From a virus (taxonomy: Duplodnaviria; Caudoviricetes), in IMG/VR virus record IMGVR_UViG_3300044795_000002, positions 1 to 34,820 of that record: a stretch of DNA of 34,820 bases. One strand, written 5' to 3'. The translations under genes and the position numbers were made by a program. Shown piece by piece: positions 25,602 through 33,530 of this stretch. Positions within the stretch are counted from its first letter, which is position 1. The number at the start of each line of letters is the position of its first letter. Below the pieces are notes generated by a model. It was not told where the DNA came from. It made no database searches and worked only from the letters and a program-made list of their open reading frames with translations.

Positions 25602-26800
25602 CTGATACGGTTGTTGAACCACAAGCTGCACCATCGAATCCAACCTGGGTACCGATTGGGCCAACGTCTGTTGCTGGTGCTTTACCAGCATACTCTTTCC
25701 AGGCATGGTCTGGTGCAACTGTTGCTATGGCAGCGGGTACTTGGACAACTGTACCGATTCCTGCTCCTGGTGTTTCACAGCCACCCGGAGCATTTACAAT
25801 CAATACCAACGGAGGCATTGTAGTACGTGATGCTGGCCTCTATTCACTCAAAGCAGTCTTTTCATGCGCTGCTTCTCCGGCTGTCACTGGATACATTGAA
25901 TGTATGTTCGCCAGTTCGTACAATAACTGGACAGGTCAGTATGGTGGCTCTCAATCGAGTTCTGTCCCCAACGCTGCCGGACTAACTTCAAATCTCAATC
26001 TAGCCCATGATCTTCAACTTCCAGCAGGTGCGGTCATCTATTTGAATGGCGCGCTGGGATCGGCTGGTAATGGTTACTGCTTCAGATTTGATATCAGCGG
26101 AATCTCCCAACAAACTCAAGCTCAGGGAATCCCACAACCAGTTGTTCAGGGACAATGGTTGAAGGGATCTGGCAATGCCGCGATCTGGGCACCGATTGCG
26201 GCATCCGATCTTCCCTCGCCTATCCCTCAATCACAGCTTGTCAACAACCTTCAATCTCCTGCACTTTCGTCTGATCTAAACCTAGCTACGGCATCTGGCT
26301 GGTATCGATGCGACCAAGGCGGTGCGAACTCACCAGATAACACACAGTATTGGCACATATTCGTAATGAACATGTACGGGAATCAGATCAGGCAAATGGC
26401 TTATCAGATTGGCACCGAGCGCATGGCGACTCGTCGTATGGATTCGGGTACGTGGCAACCGTGGATCCTCTCGGATGGTGCTTGGCAAACTATTAGCTTG
26501 CTAAGTGGCTGGACGAACTACGGTGGTTCGTGGGGCACTCCTCGTTATCGTAAGTTGCCAACCGGTATTGTTATGACAGAAGGACTGGTTTCAAATGGTT
26601 CTCCAGCGGGCAATCTTTTCCAGCTTCCTGCGGGTTATCGCCCGAGTCAAGAACTTATCATGAACCAGTTCTGTAATGCAGGTACGACTCGATTGGATAT
26701 AGGTGCTGACGGGAGCTGTTCGTTTCAGAATCAATCAACGGCTGGAGCTACTCCAGGCTCATGGACTTCTATTGTTATGTCATGGTTTGCCGATCAGTAA
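25598..26800 (+). CDS. Tail fibre/receptor-binding protein 4 (C1q-like, pyocin-knob-like, LPAGYRP C-terminal domain)
   Basis: ATGA overlap; VVRDAGLYSL; DLNLATASGWY..GTWQPW; LLSGWTNY..FQLPAGYRPS. Confidence 0.75.
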   Translation: MTDTVVEPQAAPSNPTWVPIGPTSVAGALPAYSFQAWSGATVAMAAGTWTTVPIPAPGVSQPPGAFTINTNGGIVVRDAGLYSLKAVFSCAASPAVTGYIECMFASSYNNWTGQYGGSQSSSVPNAAGLTSNLNLAHDLQLPAGAVIYLNGALGSAGNGYCFRFDISGISQQTQAQGIPQPVVQGQWLKGSGNAAIWAPIAASDLPSPIPQSQLVNNLQSPALSSDLNLATASGWYRCDQGGANSPDNTQYWHIFVMNMYGNQIRQMAYQIGTERMATRRMDSGTWQPWILSDGAWQTISLLSGWTNYGGSWGTPRYRKLPTGIVMTEGLVSNGSPAGNLFQLPAGYRPSQELIMNQFCNAGTTRLDIGADGSCSFQNQSTAGATPGSWTSIVMSWFADQ

Positions 26801-26809
26801 GGAGAGAGT

Positions 26810-27028
26810 ATGAATGTGAACGTGCTGATCAATCTTGTAGCTGACGACAACTTCACCATGAATCCTGATGAAGCTGCCAAAGCGGTCATGGAAGCTCTCA
26901 AGGGCAATCCTTTGAACGATATGGTTACTGTCAGTGTAAGTGGAAGTGGGCAACACGGTAGCTTTGCGCCTGCGCCAGCACCACCACCACCAGCGCCAAT
27001 GATGGCACCGCCTGCTGCTGATGAGTAA
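26810..27028 (+). CDS. Small hypothetical protein with a Pro-rich tail (possible fibre chaperone)
   Basis: AAGGAG SD; 72 aa between the fibres and the gp25-like gene. Confidence 0.65.
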   Translation: MNVNVLINLVADDNFTMNPDEAAKAVMEALKGNPLNDMVTVSVSGSGQHGSFAPAPAPPPPAPMMAPPAADE

Positions 27029-27383
27029 CGTAGCTGTAGGTGTACTGCCAGGTAACCCGTATGTCACGTGTCCACACTTCGACATACCATTCAGGTTCGT
27101 GCCTAAGAATGGTGTTGCTGTAGTAGAGCAGGACACGTATGATGACGTGGCTAACTGCGTCGAAGTGATCTGTCGCACTCCGTTCGGTTTCAGGCTTGAC
27201 AACCCTGACTTCGGATTTCCGAGTCTCGAACTCACCAATCAACCGATCCTCAGTGATGAAGTCGAGCAAGTCGTACAGAATCAAGAACCACGCGCTACGC
27301 TGCTTATGAGTGAGCAGCCTGATCTGGTTGACACAATGATCGACAGGATTACCGTGTCAATCCAAAAGCAACAAACCTCCTGA
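27021..27383 (+). CDS. Baseplate wedge/sheath initiator (gp25/gpW-like)
   Basis: ICRTPFGFRLDNPDFG..QEPR motif. Confidence 0.88.
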   Translation: MSNVAVGVLPGNPYVTCPHFDIPFRFVPKNGVAVVEQDTYDDVANCVEVICRTPFGFRLDNPDFGFPSLELTNQPILSDEVEQVVQNQEPRATLLMSEQPDLVDTMIDRITVSIQKQQTS

Positions 27384-27394
27384 AAGGGGGTGAA

Positions 27395-28564
27395 ATGGGC
27401 TATATCCGCATCCCGCTAGAAACCAATCCTGGCACACTAGCGCAGAATGTGTTTGATTACATCAACACACGTGCTCCTGATTGGGTGCCTAGCGATGGTA
27501 ACCTCGATGTTTGGATCATCCGCGCGATTAGCCAGCTTGCGAGTGATAACCGTAACCTAGCAACTGACGTGCAGGATGATATCTTCCGGTACTTTGGCGC
27601 AAGTCTCGTAGGTTTGCAGCCCATCGATGCAACTTCAGCACAGGGCTATACCACCTGGACTCTGATGGATACATTGGGTCACACGATACCAGCGGGTACG
27701 AACGTAGGCATCGCTGATATCAGTGGGAACATCTATCCATTTCAGGTGCTCTACGATGTAGTTGTGCCTGTGGGTCAGAATGCTACTGCTGCTGGCGGTG
27801 TGACAATCATAGCTATCCAAGCCGGTGCTAGTGGTTCAGGGCTTGGTCAAGCTGGTTCAGCAGTTCAGCTAATCGATGTACTTGATTGGGTTATATCGGT
27901 TACGCTGGCTGGCTCAACATTCGGTGGTCAGGATGCTGAGGCTGACTCTGTATATCTGAACAGGCTTGCTCAGCATATGCAGCGTCTATCGATGCGTCCT
28001 ATTCTGCCTGTTGACTTCAGTGCAATGGCTCTCGATGCTGACGCAAGCGTGATGCGAGCCGTTACTATCGACAACTACAACCCTGCCAACTCAACGTATG
28101 GTAACGAGCGCATGGTTACGGTTGTGTGCGTAGACGTAAACGGCAACCCCATCACAGCTACAGCCAAATCAAACGTCCAAGCGTATCTACAAGCTAACCG
28201 CGAAATCAACTTCATCGTGAACGTGATGGATGCCAACTATACCACGATCAACGTGGTGTGCTCGATTCACGTACAGACTGGCTATGATCCTACTGCCACG
28301 ACCAACGCTGTTATCTCGCAGCTACAGGGTTATCTCGATCCGAATGCTTGGGCACGTGATCCTTCTATCATGGAGGACTCAGGTCCGAATACGTGGGTCG
28401 AGATGGATACATTGTACTACAACGAGGTAATCACAGAAATCTCAAATGTCACCGGAGTCGATCACGTCATAAGCCTGACACTCAACGGTGGTACAACTGA
28501 CGTTACACTGACTGGCCCTGCTGCACTGACTAAGCTTGGAACCACTACAATCACCACGGCATGA
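27395..28564 (+). CDS. Baseplate J-like wedge protein
   Basis: TIPAGT, GGQDAEADSVYLNRL, DFSAMAL, VTGVDHV motifs. Confidence 0.92.
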   Translation: MGYIRIPLETNPGTLAQNVFDYINTRAPDWVPSDGNLDVWIIRAISQLASDNRNLATDVQDDIFRYFGASLVGLQPIDATSAQGYTTWTLMDTLGHTIPAGTNVGIADISGNIYPFQVLYDVVVPVGQNATAAGGVTIIAIQAGASGSGLGQAGSAVQLIDVLDWVISVTLAGSTFGGQDAEADSVYLNRLAQHMQRLSMRPILPVDFSAMALDADASVMRAVTIDNYNPANSTYGNERMVTVVCVDVNGNPITATAKSNVQAYLQANREINFIVNVMDANYTTINVVCSIHVQTGYDPTATTNAVISQLQGYLDPNAWARDPSIMEDSGPNTWVEMDTLYYNEVITEISNVTGVDHVISLTLNGGTTDVTLTGPAALTKLGTTTITTA

Positions 28565-29199
28565 GCGATTACGTACCCACTATAGTTTACTCGGACGTAT
28601 CGCCTGAGTCACAGCCATCGTTCTATCAGCAGTTGTATGCTCTGATGCAGCCGATGTTCTACGACGATCCCGAAGAAGGCAATGCTCTCCAGATTTACCT
28701 GGAATCCATGAGTGACACGTACTTCCAGATCATCCAAGACTGGTCGAGTGATTCACCTGATAACCCACCTAAGCCTGGTTACTCGATACTCGTAGATGCT
28801 GATCGTGTGCCTGATAGCGCAGTTCCCTGGCTAGCTCAGTTCGTTGGAGTGTCAGTCACAGTTGGTATGACTGTGGACGGACAACGAGCACAGATGGTTG
28901 GTCTGTCTACGTGGAAACGTGGAACTGTGGCTGCGCTACAAGCTGCGCCTGTTCCGTTTCTTACTGGTAGTCAGACTGTGATCGTCAAGGAGAGAGACAC
29001 AAGTCCTTATCACTTTGAAGTCGAAACGTATGCTTCTGAGACTCCGAATCAAGCCCAGGTATTAGCTGCGCTGTTGACTCAGAAGCCTGCGGGTCTAGTA
29101 ATGGACTACGTAGTTTACTCAGGTCAGAAGGCATTTCAAGTTCGTGGTGGCTCTGCTGTACGCGGGACACCACCCGACGTTCTAAGGCTGGTGATCTAG
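28561..29199 (+). CDS. Baseplate wedge protein (P2 gpI-like)
   Basis: VPWLAQFVGV..KRGTVAAL..QKPAG motif; follows the J-like gene. Confidence 0.85.
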   Translation: MSDYVPTIVYSDVSPESQPSFYQQLYALMQPMFYDDPEEGNALQIYLESMSDTYFQIIQDWSSDSPDNPPKPGYSILVDADRVPDSAVPWLAQFVGVSVTVGMTVDGQRAQMVGLSTWKRGTVAALQAAPVPFLTGSQTVIVKERDTSPYHFEVETYASETPNQAQVLAALLTQKPAGLVMDYVVYSGQKAFQVRGGSAVRGTPPDVLRLVI

Positions 29200-30107
29200 T
29201 GTTCAATATCCCGAATGCCGCTGATGCGGAAGATGTAACACAAGCCCAGCCTGACTCGCGCGACTTCAATGCGATGATCGCTGCGGCTTTCGCAGGAACA
29301 GGCATAGTCAGTGGTTGCCAAGTAACAGCACAGTCTACGCCAAACATGACTGTAGCTGTAGCTGCTGGTAGCGTGGCTGTTGCTGGTACTACGGTAGCTG
29401 TTACTGCTGCTAATGTGACTATTGCCGCAGCCGATCCAACAAACCCACGTTTCAGTCTGATAGTAGTGAATGCGACAGGTGTACCGTCTGCTATGCCTGG
29501 TACGCCTGCCGCTGCTCCTGTGTTTCCTGATCCTGCTGGTAACTGTGTGCTTGCTGCTGTTCGTGTGCCTCCTGGTGCTACGTCTATCAACAGTCAGAAG
29601 ATCGTAGACAAAAGGCTAGTCGCAGTTGTGCCTACTGTCTTTGGTGCTGGTAGTATCACAGGCCCGATGCTTGCACCAGGCTCAGTGGTAGATGCTACTA
29701 TCGCAGCTAATGCAGCTATCCAGATCAGTAAGCTGTTGGGCTTTCCTAACAACGTTCAGGAAAGACTCAATGGTGATGGTAGCTGGTCTATCCCTGTGCT
29801 GGGTGGAATCAACCAACAGACCGGCAACTACACGATTCAGCTACCTGATAGCAACAGACTGGTTGAGATCAATGCAACGGCTGCAAATACTGTCACTGTT
29901 CCAAATGACAGCGCGATCTTGTTCCCTGTCGGTACACAGGTGAACATCGCACAGATGGGTGCAGGCTCAACGTTGCTAGCTGCCGCAACCGGAGTCACGC
30001 TGAGAGCTTACAACGGTAACCTGCATCTTGCAGGACAATACGCAGTAGCATCAGTCATCAAGCGTGCTGCAAATGACTGGTGGGTAGCAGGGAACATGGT
30101 GCCATGA
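29199..30107 (+). CDS. Baseplate-attached tail fibre protein
   Basis: GIVSGCQVT..MTVAVAAG..AADPTNPR N-terminal anchor; TGNYTIQLPD..WWVAGN C-terminal domain. Confidence 0.75.
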   Translation: MFNIPNAADAEDVTQAQPDSRDFNAMIAAAFAGTGIVSGCQVTAQSTPNMTVAVAAGSVAVAGTTVAVTAANVTIAAADPTNPRFSLIVVNATGVPSAMPGTPAAAPVFPDPAGNCVLAAVRVPPGATSINSQKIVDKRLVAVVPTVFGAGSITGPMLAPGSVVDATIAANAAIQISKLLGFPNNVQERLNGDGSWSIPVLGGINQQTGNYTIQLPDSNRLVEINATAANTVTVPNDSAILFPVGTQVNIAQMGAGSTLLAAATGVTLRAYNGNLHLAGQYAVASVIKRAANDWWVAGNMVP

Positions 30108-31207
30108 GTACGATACCAGGCGTGCTTGATTCAACGGATGACATTCCTCCGACTGTCACGCTGACAAACCCGCCAGCCGGTAATGTAGCTGGTACAGTGA
30201 CATTGCAAGCTACCGCTGCCGACAATGACAAGATCGCTAGCTGTCAGTTCACAGCAGACGCAGCGAACGTAGGTTCGCCCATTACTGCTCCACCGTACCA
30301 GCTAAGCTACGATACACACGCTCTTGTGAATGGAGCGCACACCATCGGTGTCAACGTAAAAGATAGAGTCCGAGGTAGCGCGTCTAGCTCACATGCTGTG
30401 ACTGTGAAGAATGGCCCTGCTGTCAACTTCTATAGTCCTGGCAATGGAGCGACAGTCACCGGAACAATCTATCCTACAGCATACGTCACTAACTACGGTA
30501 CTGGCGTAAGCGTGTTGTTTCAGTGGGATGGCAATAACATCGGTGGCTGGCAGAGCGGTGGCACAGGCTACTACCAAGTCGGTTTGGATACTCATGGGCT
30601 AGCTGTAGGCTGGCACACGTTCTCGTGTATTGCTCAAGATGCACAAGGCAATCAGACAGTAGCTCAGAATAGTTACTACGTGAATAACCAACCGCCCGGC
30701 GCTGGTACAGTTGCATGGGGTGACTACCAATATTGGGACGATTGGTATGATCCAAGCAATCCATTTTGGGACAGTGAACGCACTAACCCACAACCGTATG
30801 ACGGTCAAGGTGGTACTTGGATCTGGAGTAACGTAGGAGCTAAGCTTGGGCCTATATATCTGCCTGGTAATCCAAATCCCACGTATTACCAAATGCGTGC
30901 GTGGTTCTCATGTGGTAGGACAGAAGGCGGTGATCCTGGTCAGAATACCGTCTATATCGATTGGAGAATAGCGGGTATTACTGACAATAACCAGGACGCA
31001 GGTGGTGAATACGGCTGGCAGAATGTCTGGGTGAATGGTGACTCACAATCACCACCACAAGACTACGGTAACTTTGGCCCATACGCTTATCCAAATGGTG
31101 GTGAGGCTTGTTACTGTAAACGTTGGGCTACCAACCCTGGTTGGAATACCTGCTTTGCTCTAGGTATCGGAATCTACTACGACTTCGTACCGAAGTACGC
31201 TAGTTAG
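30104..31207 (+). CDS. Ig-like (Big) repeat virion protein / distal fibre
   Basis: ATGA overlap at 30104; two PTVTLTNP..DTHAL.NG.HT-type Ig repeats, then a Trp/Tyr-rich domain. Confidence 0.75.
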   Translation: MSTIPGVLDSTDDIPPTVTLTNPPAGNVAGTVTLQATAADNDKIASCQFTADAANVGSPITAPPYQLSYDTHALVNGAHTIGVNVKDRVRGSASSSHAVTVKNGPAVNFYSPGNGATVTGTIYPTAYVTNYGTGVSVLFQWDGNNIGGWQSGGTGYYQVGLDTHGLAVGWHTFSCIAQDAQGNQTVAQNSYYVNNQPPGAGTVAWGDYQYWDDWYDPSNPFWDSERTNPQPYDGQGGTWIWSNVGAKLGPIYLPGNPNPTYYQMRAWFSCGRTEGGDPGQNTVYIDWRIAGITDNNQDAGGEYGWQNVWVNGDSQSPPQDYGNFGPYAYPNGGEACYCKRWATNPGWNTCFALGIGIYYDFVPKYAS

Positions 31208-31218
31208 ACTCCACAAAA

Positions 31219-31273
31219 GTTAGGGGTGCGCCCGGTTCGTGATTCTCTCCCACGCCGAGGCTGCACCCCTAAC
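31219..31273. terminator. Long hairpin between the convergent operons; probable terminator
   Basis: GTTAGGGGTGC/GCACCCCTAAC 11-bp stem plus inner CGG/CCG and CGTG/CACG pairs; TTTT follows on the minus strand. Confidence 0.75.
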
Positions 31274-31282
31274 ACCTTTATA

Positions 31283-31618
31283 TCAGATCAACCCACACAA
31301 CCATGCTGTGTTGGGCCAAGGATACCACCCACGTGCGTAGTATCCTAACCTGCCTGCCTGCATTTGTGCCCACACAGGCCAGTTATCTGCTGTGCCCCAC
31401 CTACGCAAGAAGCTCCCTCCGTAAGCTTCCATAAAGTTGTAATCCATTTGGAGTCCACCATAGTACCCGTTTCCCGTATCCGAGTTCCACGCACCCTCAT
31501 GTGAATGGATACACAGCAGATCATTGGTTATGTAGTCAGTGCTGCTAGCTCTAGCTGCTGCGCCTCCTAGCGCAATAGCTAGAAGGACAGCAGCAACGAC
31601 TATTGCTAGCCGTAACAA
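31283..31618 (-). CDS. rpf: Secreted resuscitation-promoting factor (Rpf)-like lytic transglycosylase
   Basis: Signal peptide MLRLAIVVAAVLLAIALGGAAARA; CIHSHEGAWNSDTGNGYYGGLQM..AYGG..Q..GWYPWP..C matches the Rpf core; AGGAG SD before TTG. Confidence 0.88.
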   Translation of the reverse strand: MLRLAIVVAAVLLAIALGGAAARASSTDYITNDLLCIHSHEGAWNSDTGNGYYGGLQMDYNFMEAYGGSFLRRWGTADNWPVWAQMQAGRLGYYARGWYPWPNTAWLCGLI

Positions 31619-31676
31619 GTTATCTCCTCACATTTGCTTACCGGATGCCACTGAGTATGTTCAGTGGTAGCGCCAG

Positions 31677-31865
31677 TTATTTAGTCTCTCGACCTCCTTT
31701 CAGCTCTTTTATATCGTCCTTGAGGCTGTCTAGCCTAGCCTCAAGCCTTGAAACTTGTTCGCGTGTACGAGCGATCGCAACCCCTAGCGCGATTATAGCA
31801 ACTATCAGCGCACCCGATATACCAGCGAGTAGCTGGTAAACTGAGCTTCCCCCTTGCGCTAACAT
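31677..31865 (-). CDS. Holin-like membrane protein (one TM plus coiled coil)
   Basis: LLAGISGALIVAIIALGVAIA followed by a heptad-rich tail; near the endolysin. Confidence 0.6.
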   Translation of the reverse strand: MLAQGGSSVYQLLAGISGALIVAIIALGVAIARTREQVSRLEARLDSLKDDIKELKGGRETK

Positions 31866-32078
31866 TTACGTCTGTTCGTCTGGATCCTCGACTCCGTAGG
31901 TAGGTGTCATTCCAGGCAAAGGCATCGTTTCTACAACATCGGAAACGTGTGAGTATGGGCCAGATGCTTCATCCTCGATAGTATCAGGATGAGATGGTTC
32001 ACGGCCTGCTGGCAGACTATCTGGCTCAGGCCACTTCACCTTCTCGAAGAACTTTTCCTTTGGAATCTTTGGCATCAT
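31866..32078 (-). CDS. Small acidic Pro-rich hypothetical protein in the lysis cassette
   Basis: ATGA overlap with the endolysin; abuts the holin-like gene. Confidence 0.6.
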   Translation of the reverse strand: MMPKIPKEKFFEKVKWPEPDSLPAGREPSHPDTIEDEASGPYSHVSDVVETMPLPGMTPTYGVEDPDEQT

Positions 32079-33058
32079 AGTGCTGACCTCGCCATGTTCA
32101 GTACCTCGTCCATAGGAAAGCCATTACCACAATCGCTATGACTACCACCCCAAGCACCAAGGTCACGATGCTGACACACGCCATGCCCACTCCCTTGCGC
32201 TTGTGAGGCAGTAAGCTTAGTGATGGGAACACCGAAAGCCTTGCTTTCTTCGGCAATCCAACGAGCCACGTTGTCAAGCATGTTTGGATGATTGTGCCAC
32301 TCAGCGGTAGTCCACGCAGCAAACGCACATAGCTCGATACTCACAGCTACAGGATTCGCGTTACCCTGCGTCCATGCCTTGTTTGGTCGTTCCACGTAGA
32401 TACCGATTGTACCGACTTTATCATCGGCGCCGGCATGTGAAGAAACTTGGTTAGCTGAGTTAGCGAAGAAGTTACCAAGTGACTCGATTGTGCGCGCACC
32501 CTCAGCAGTATGCAGAACGATCAAACGTACAGTAGCACCACCACGTGAGCTGTAGCATGGTGATGGATATGCTACGCGCTTGAGTGGTTGTGATGATGGC
32601 TGTGATGGCGGTGGAGTATCCGTAGGCTCGTGACCACCAAACCTATCCCAAGCCTCGTTGATGAGCTTGACAGCAGTTGCATCCATCGCCATCTCACCAG
32701 CATGAGGTAGTGGTTCAGGAATGACGATACTCCTAAGCGTGTTGAAAGTCTTTTCACCGATCCAACCAGTGTCATCAACCTTCTGCTGACGTTGGATACC
32801 TGCTACACCTGTCTCTGGCACGTTACCTGACTTGCCATGTGCGAAGTTGTTGCTGTAGTCTTGATCGAATGTCTGCCAAGGCCAGCGACCTGCTCTGCTC
32901 ACGGTACGCTTGTAAGCCTCGATATCAGGGCCATCCACAGAATGTGTATGACCATACTGGTTTGCGTCTGGAGGATATAGTGGTCGAGGAAAGCCATCTA
33001 CCTTGACCATCGTAGCACCAGGATAACCCTTTTGCCACCACTCAGTCACTAGCATCAC
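32075..33058 (-). CDS. Endolysin: N-terminal PG-binding-like domain plus Amidase_2 (N-acetylmuramoyl-L-alanine amidase)
   Basis: IVLHTAEG, SSH, VSIELC, QHRDL..HSDCG; N-terminal GPDIEAYKR..IQRQQKVDDTGWIGEKTFNTL. Confidence 0.9.
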   Translation of the reverse strand: MMLVTEWWQKGYPGATMVKVDGFPRPLYPPDANQYGHTHSVDGPDIEAYKRTVSRAGRWPWQTFDQDYSNNFAHGKSGNVPETGVAGIQRQQKVDDTGWIGEKTFNTLRSIVIPEPLPHAGEMAMDATAVKLINEAWDRFGGHEPTDTPPPSQPSSQPLKRVAYPSPCYSSRGGATVRLIVLHTAEGARTIESLGNFFANSANQVSSHAGADDKVGTIGIYVERPNKAWTQGNANPVAVSIELCAFAAWTTAEWHNHPNMLDNVARWIAEESKAFGVPITKLTASQAQGSGHGVCQHRDLGAWGGSHSDCGNGFPMDEVLNMARSAL

Positions 33059-33530
33059 CCCATTTATCTAAGAGTTTTGCGAAGTCTTGGTCGCCACTGT
33101 TGTACTGGAATCCAGGCCCGAACGTTACCCATTGAAGCAGATGACGCATGGCATCCATACCATGTGGAATGCCACGCTTATACAGCTTACGGCTCTTGAG
33201 CACGTTATCGGAATAGTAGCTCTTGCCCTGTGCTGCCTTTTGCATGTAGAGGACGCACTTTCCTGTAGGCTCAGTTAGCTCGTACAGACGAGTCACGCCA
33301 ATGAGCTGTAGCGGGAAGTAGTTGATACCAGTAGCGGCTCTGTGATGACCACCACGAAAGTCGAAATCTTCCATGACTATGATCTTCGGTTCAAACTCGT
33401 AGAGTCTGCGCCACAAGTCATCAACCTCATCAGTCATCTGGAATGGGTAAAGCTCGATCTGTTTCTTGTGCGTGATGTTGGCGTAGACATAGCCAGTCAT
33501 CACGCCTGGGTCTATACCGATTACCTTCAT
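33042..33530 (-). CDS. RuvC-like Holliday junction resolvase
   Basis: VIGIDPGVMTG, IIVMEDF and HGMDAMRH RNase H-fold motifs. Confidence 0.8.
   Translation of the reverse strand: MKVIGIDPGVMTGYVYANITHKKQIELYPFQMTDEVDDLWRRLYEFEPKIIVMEDFDFRGGHHRAATGINYFPLQLIGVTRLYELTEPTGKCVLYMQKAAQGKSYYSDNVLKSRKLYKRGIPHGMDAMRHLLQWVTFGPGFQYNSGDQDFAKLLDKWGDASD

Noticed and set aside
12343-29199. Extracellular contractile injection system or tailocin
   Set aside because: Terminase, portal, protease, capsid and DNA polymerase are linked, so this is a phage.
20996-31207. Diversity-generating retroelement or invertible fibre cassette
   Set aside because: No reverse transcriptase or invertase in the window, no long repeat pair differing only at adenines seen, and all fibre genes are co-oriented; an element outside the window cannot be excluded.
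31219-31273. tRNA-like element (GGTTCG at 31234)
   Set aside because: It folds as one long hairpin with no cloverleaf and sits where convergent genes end.
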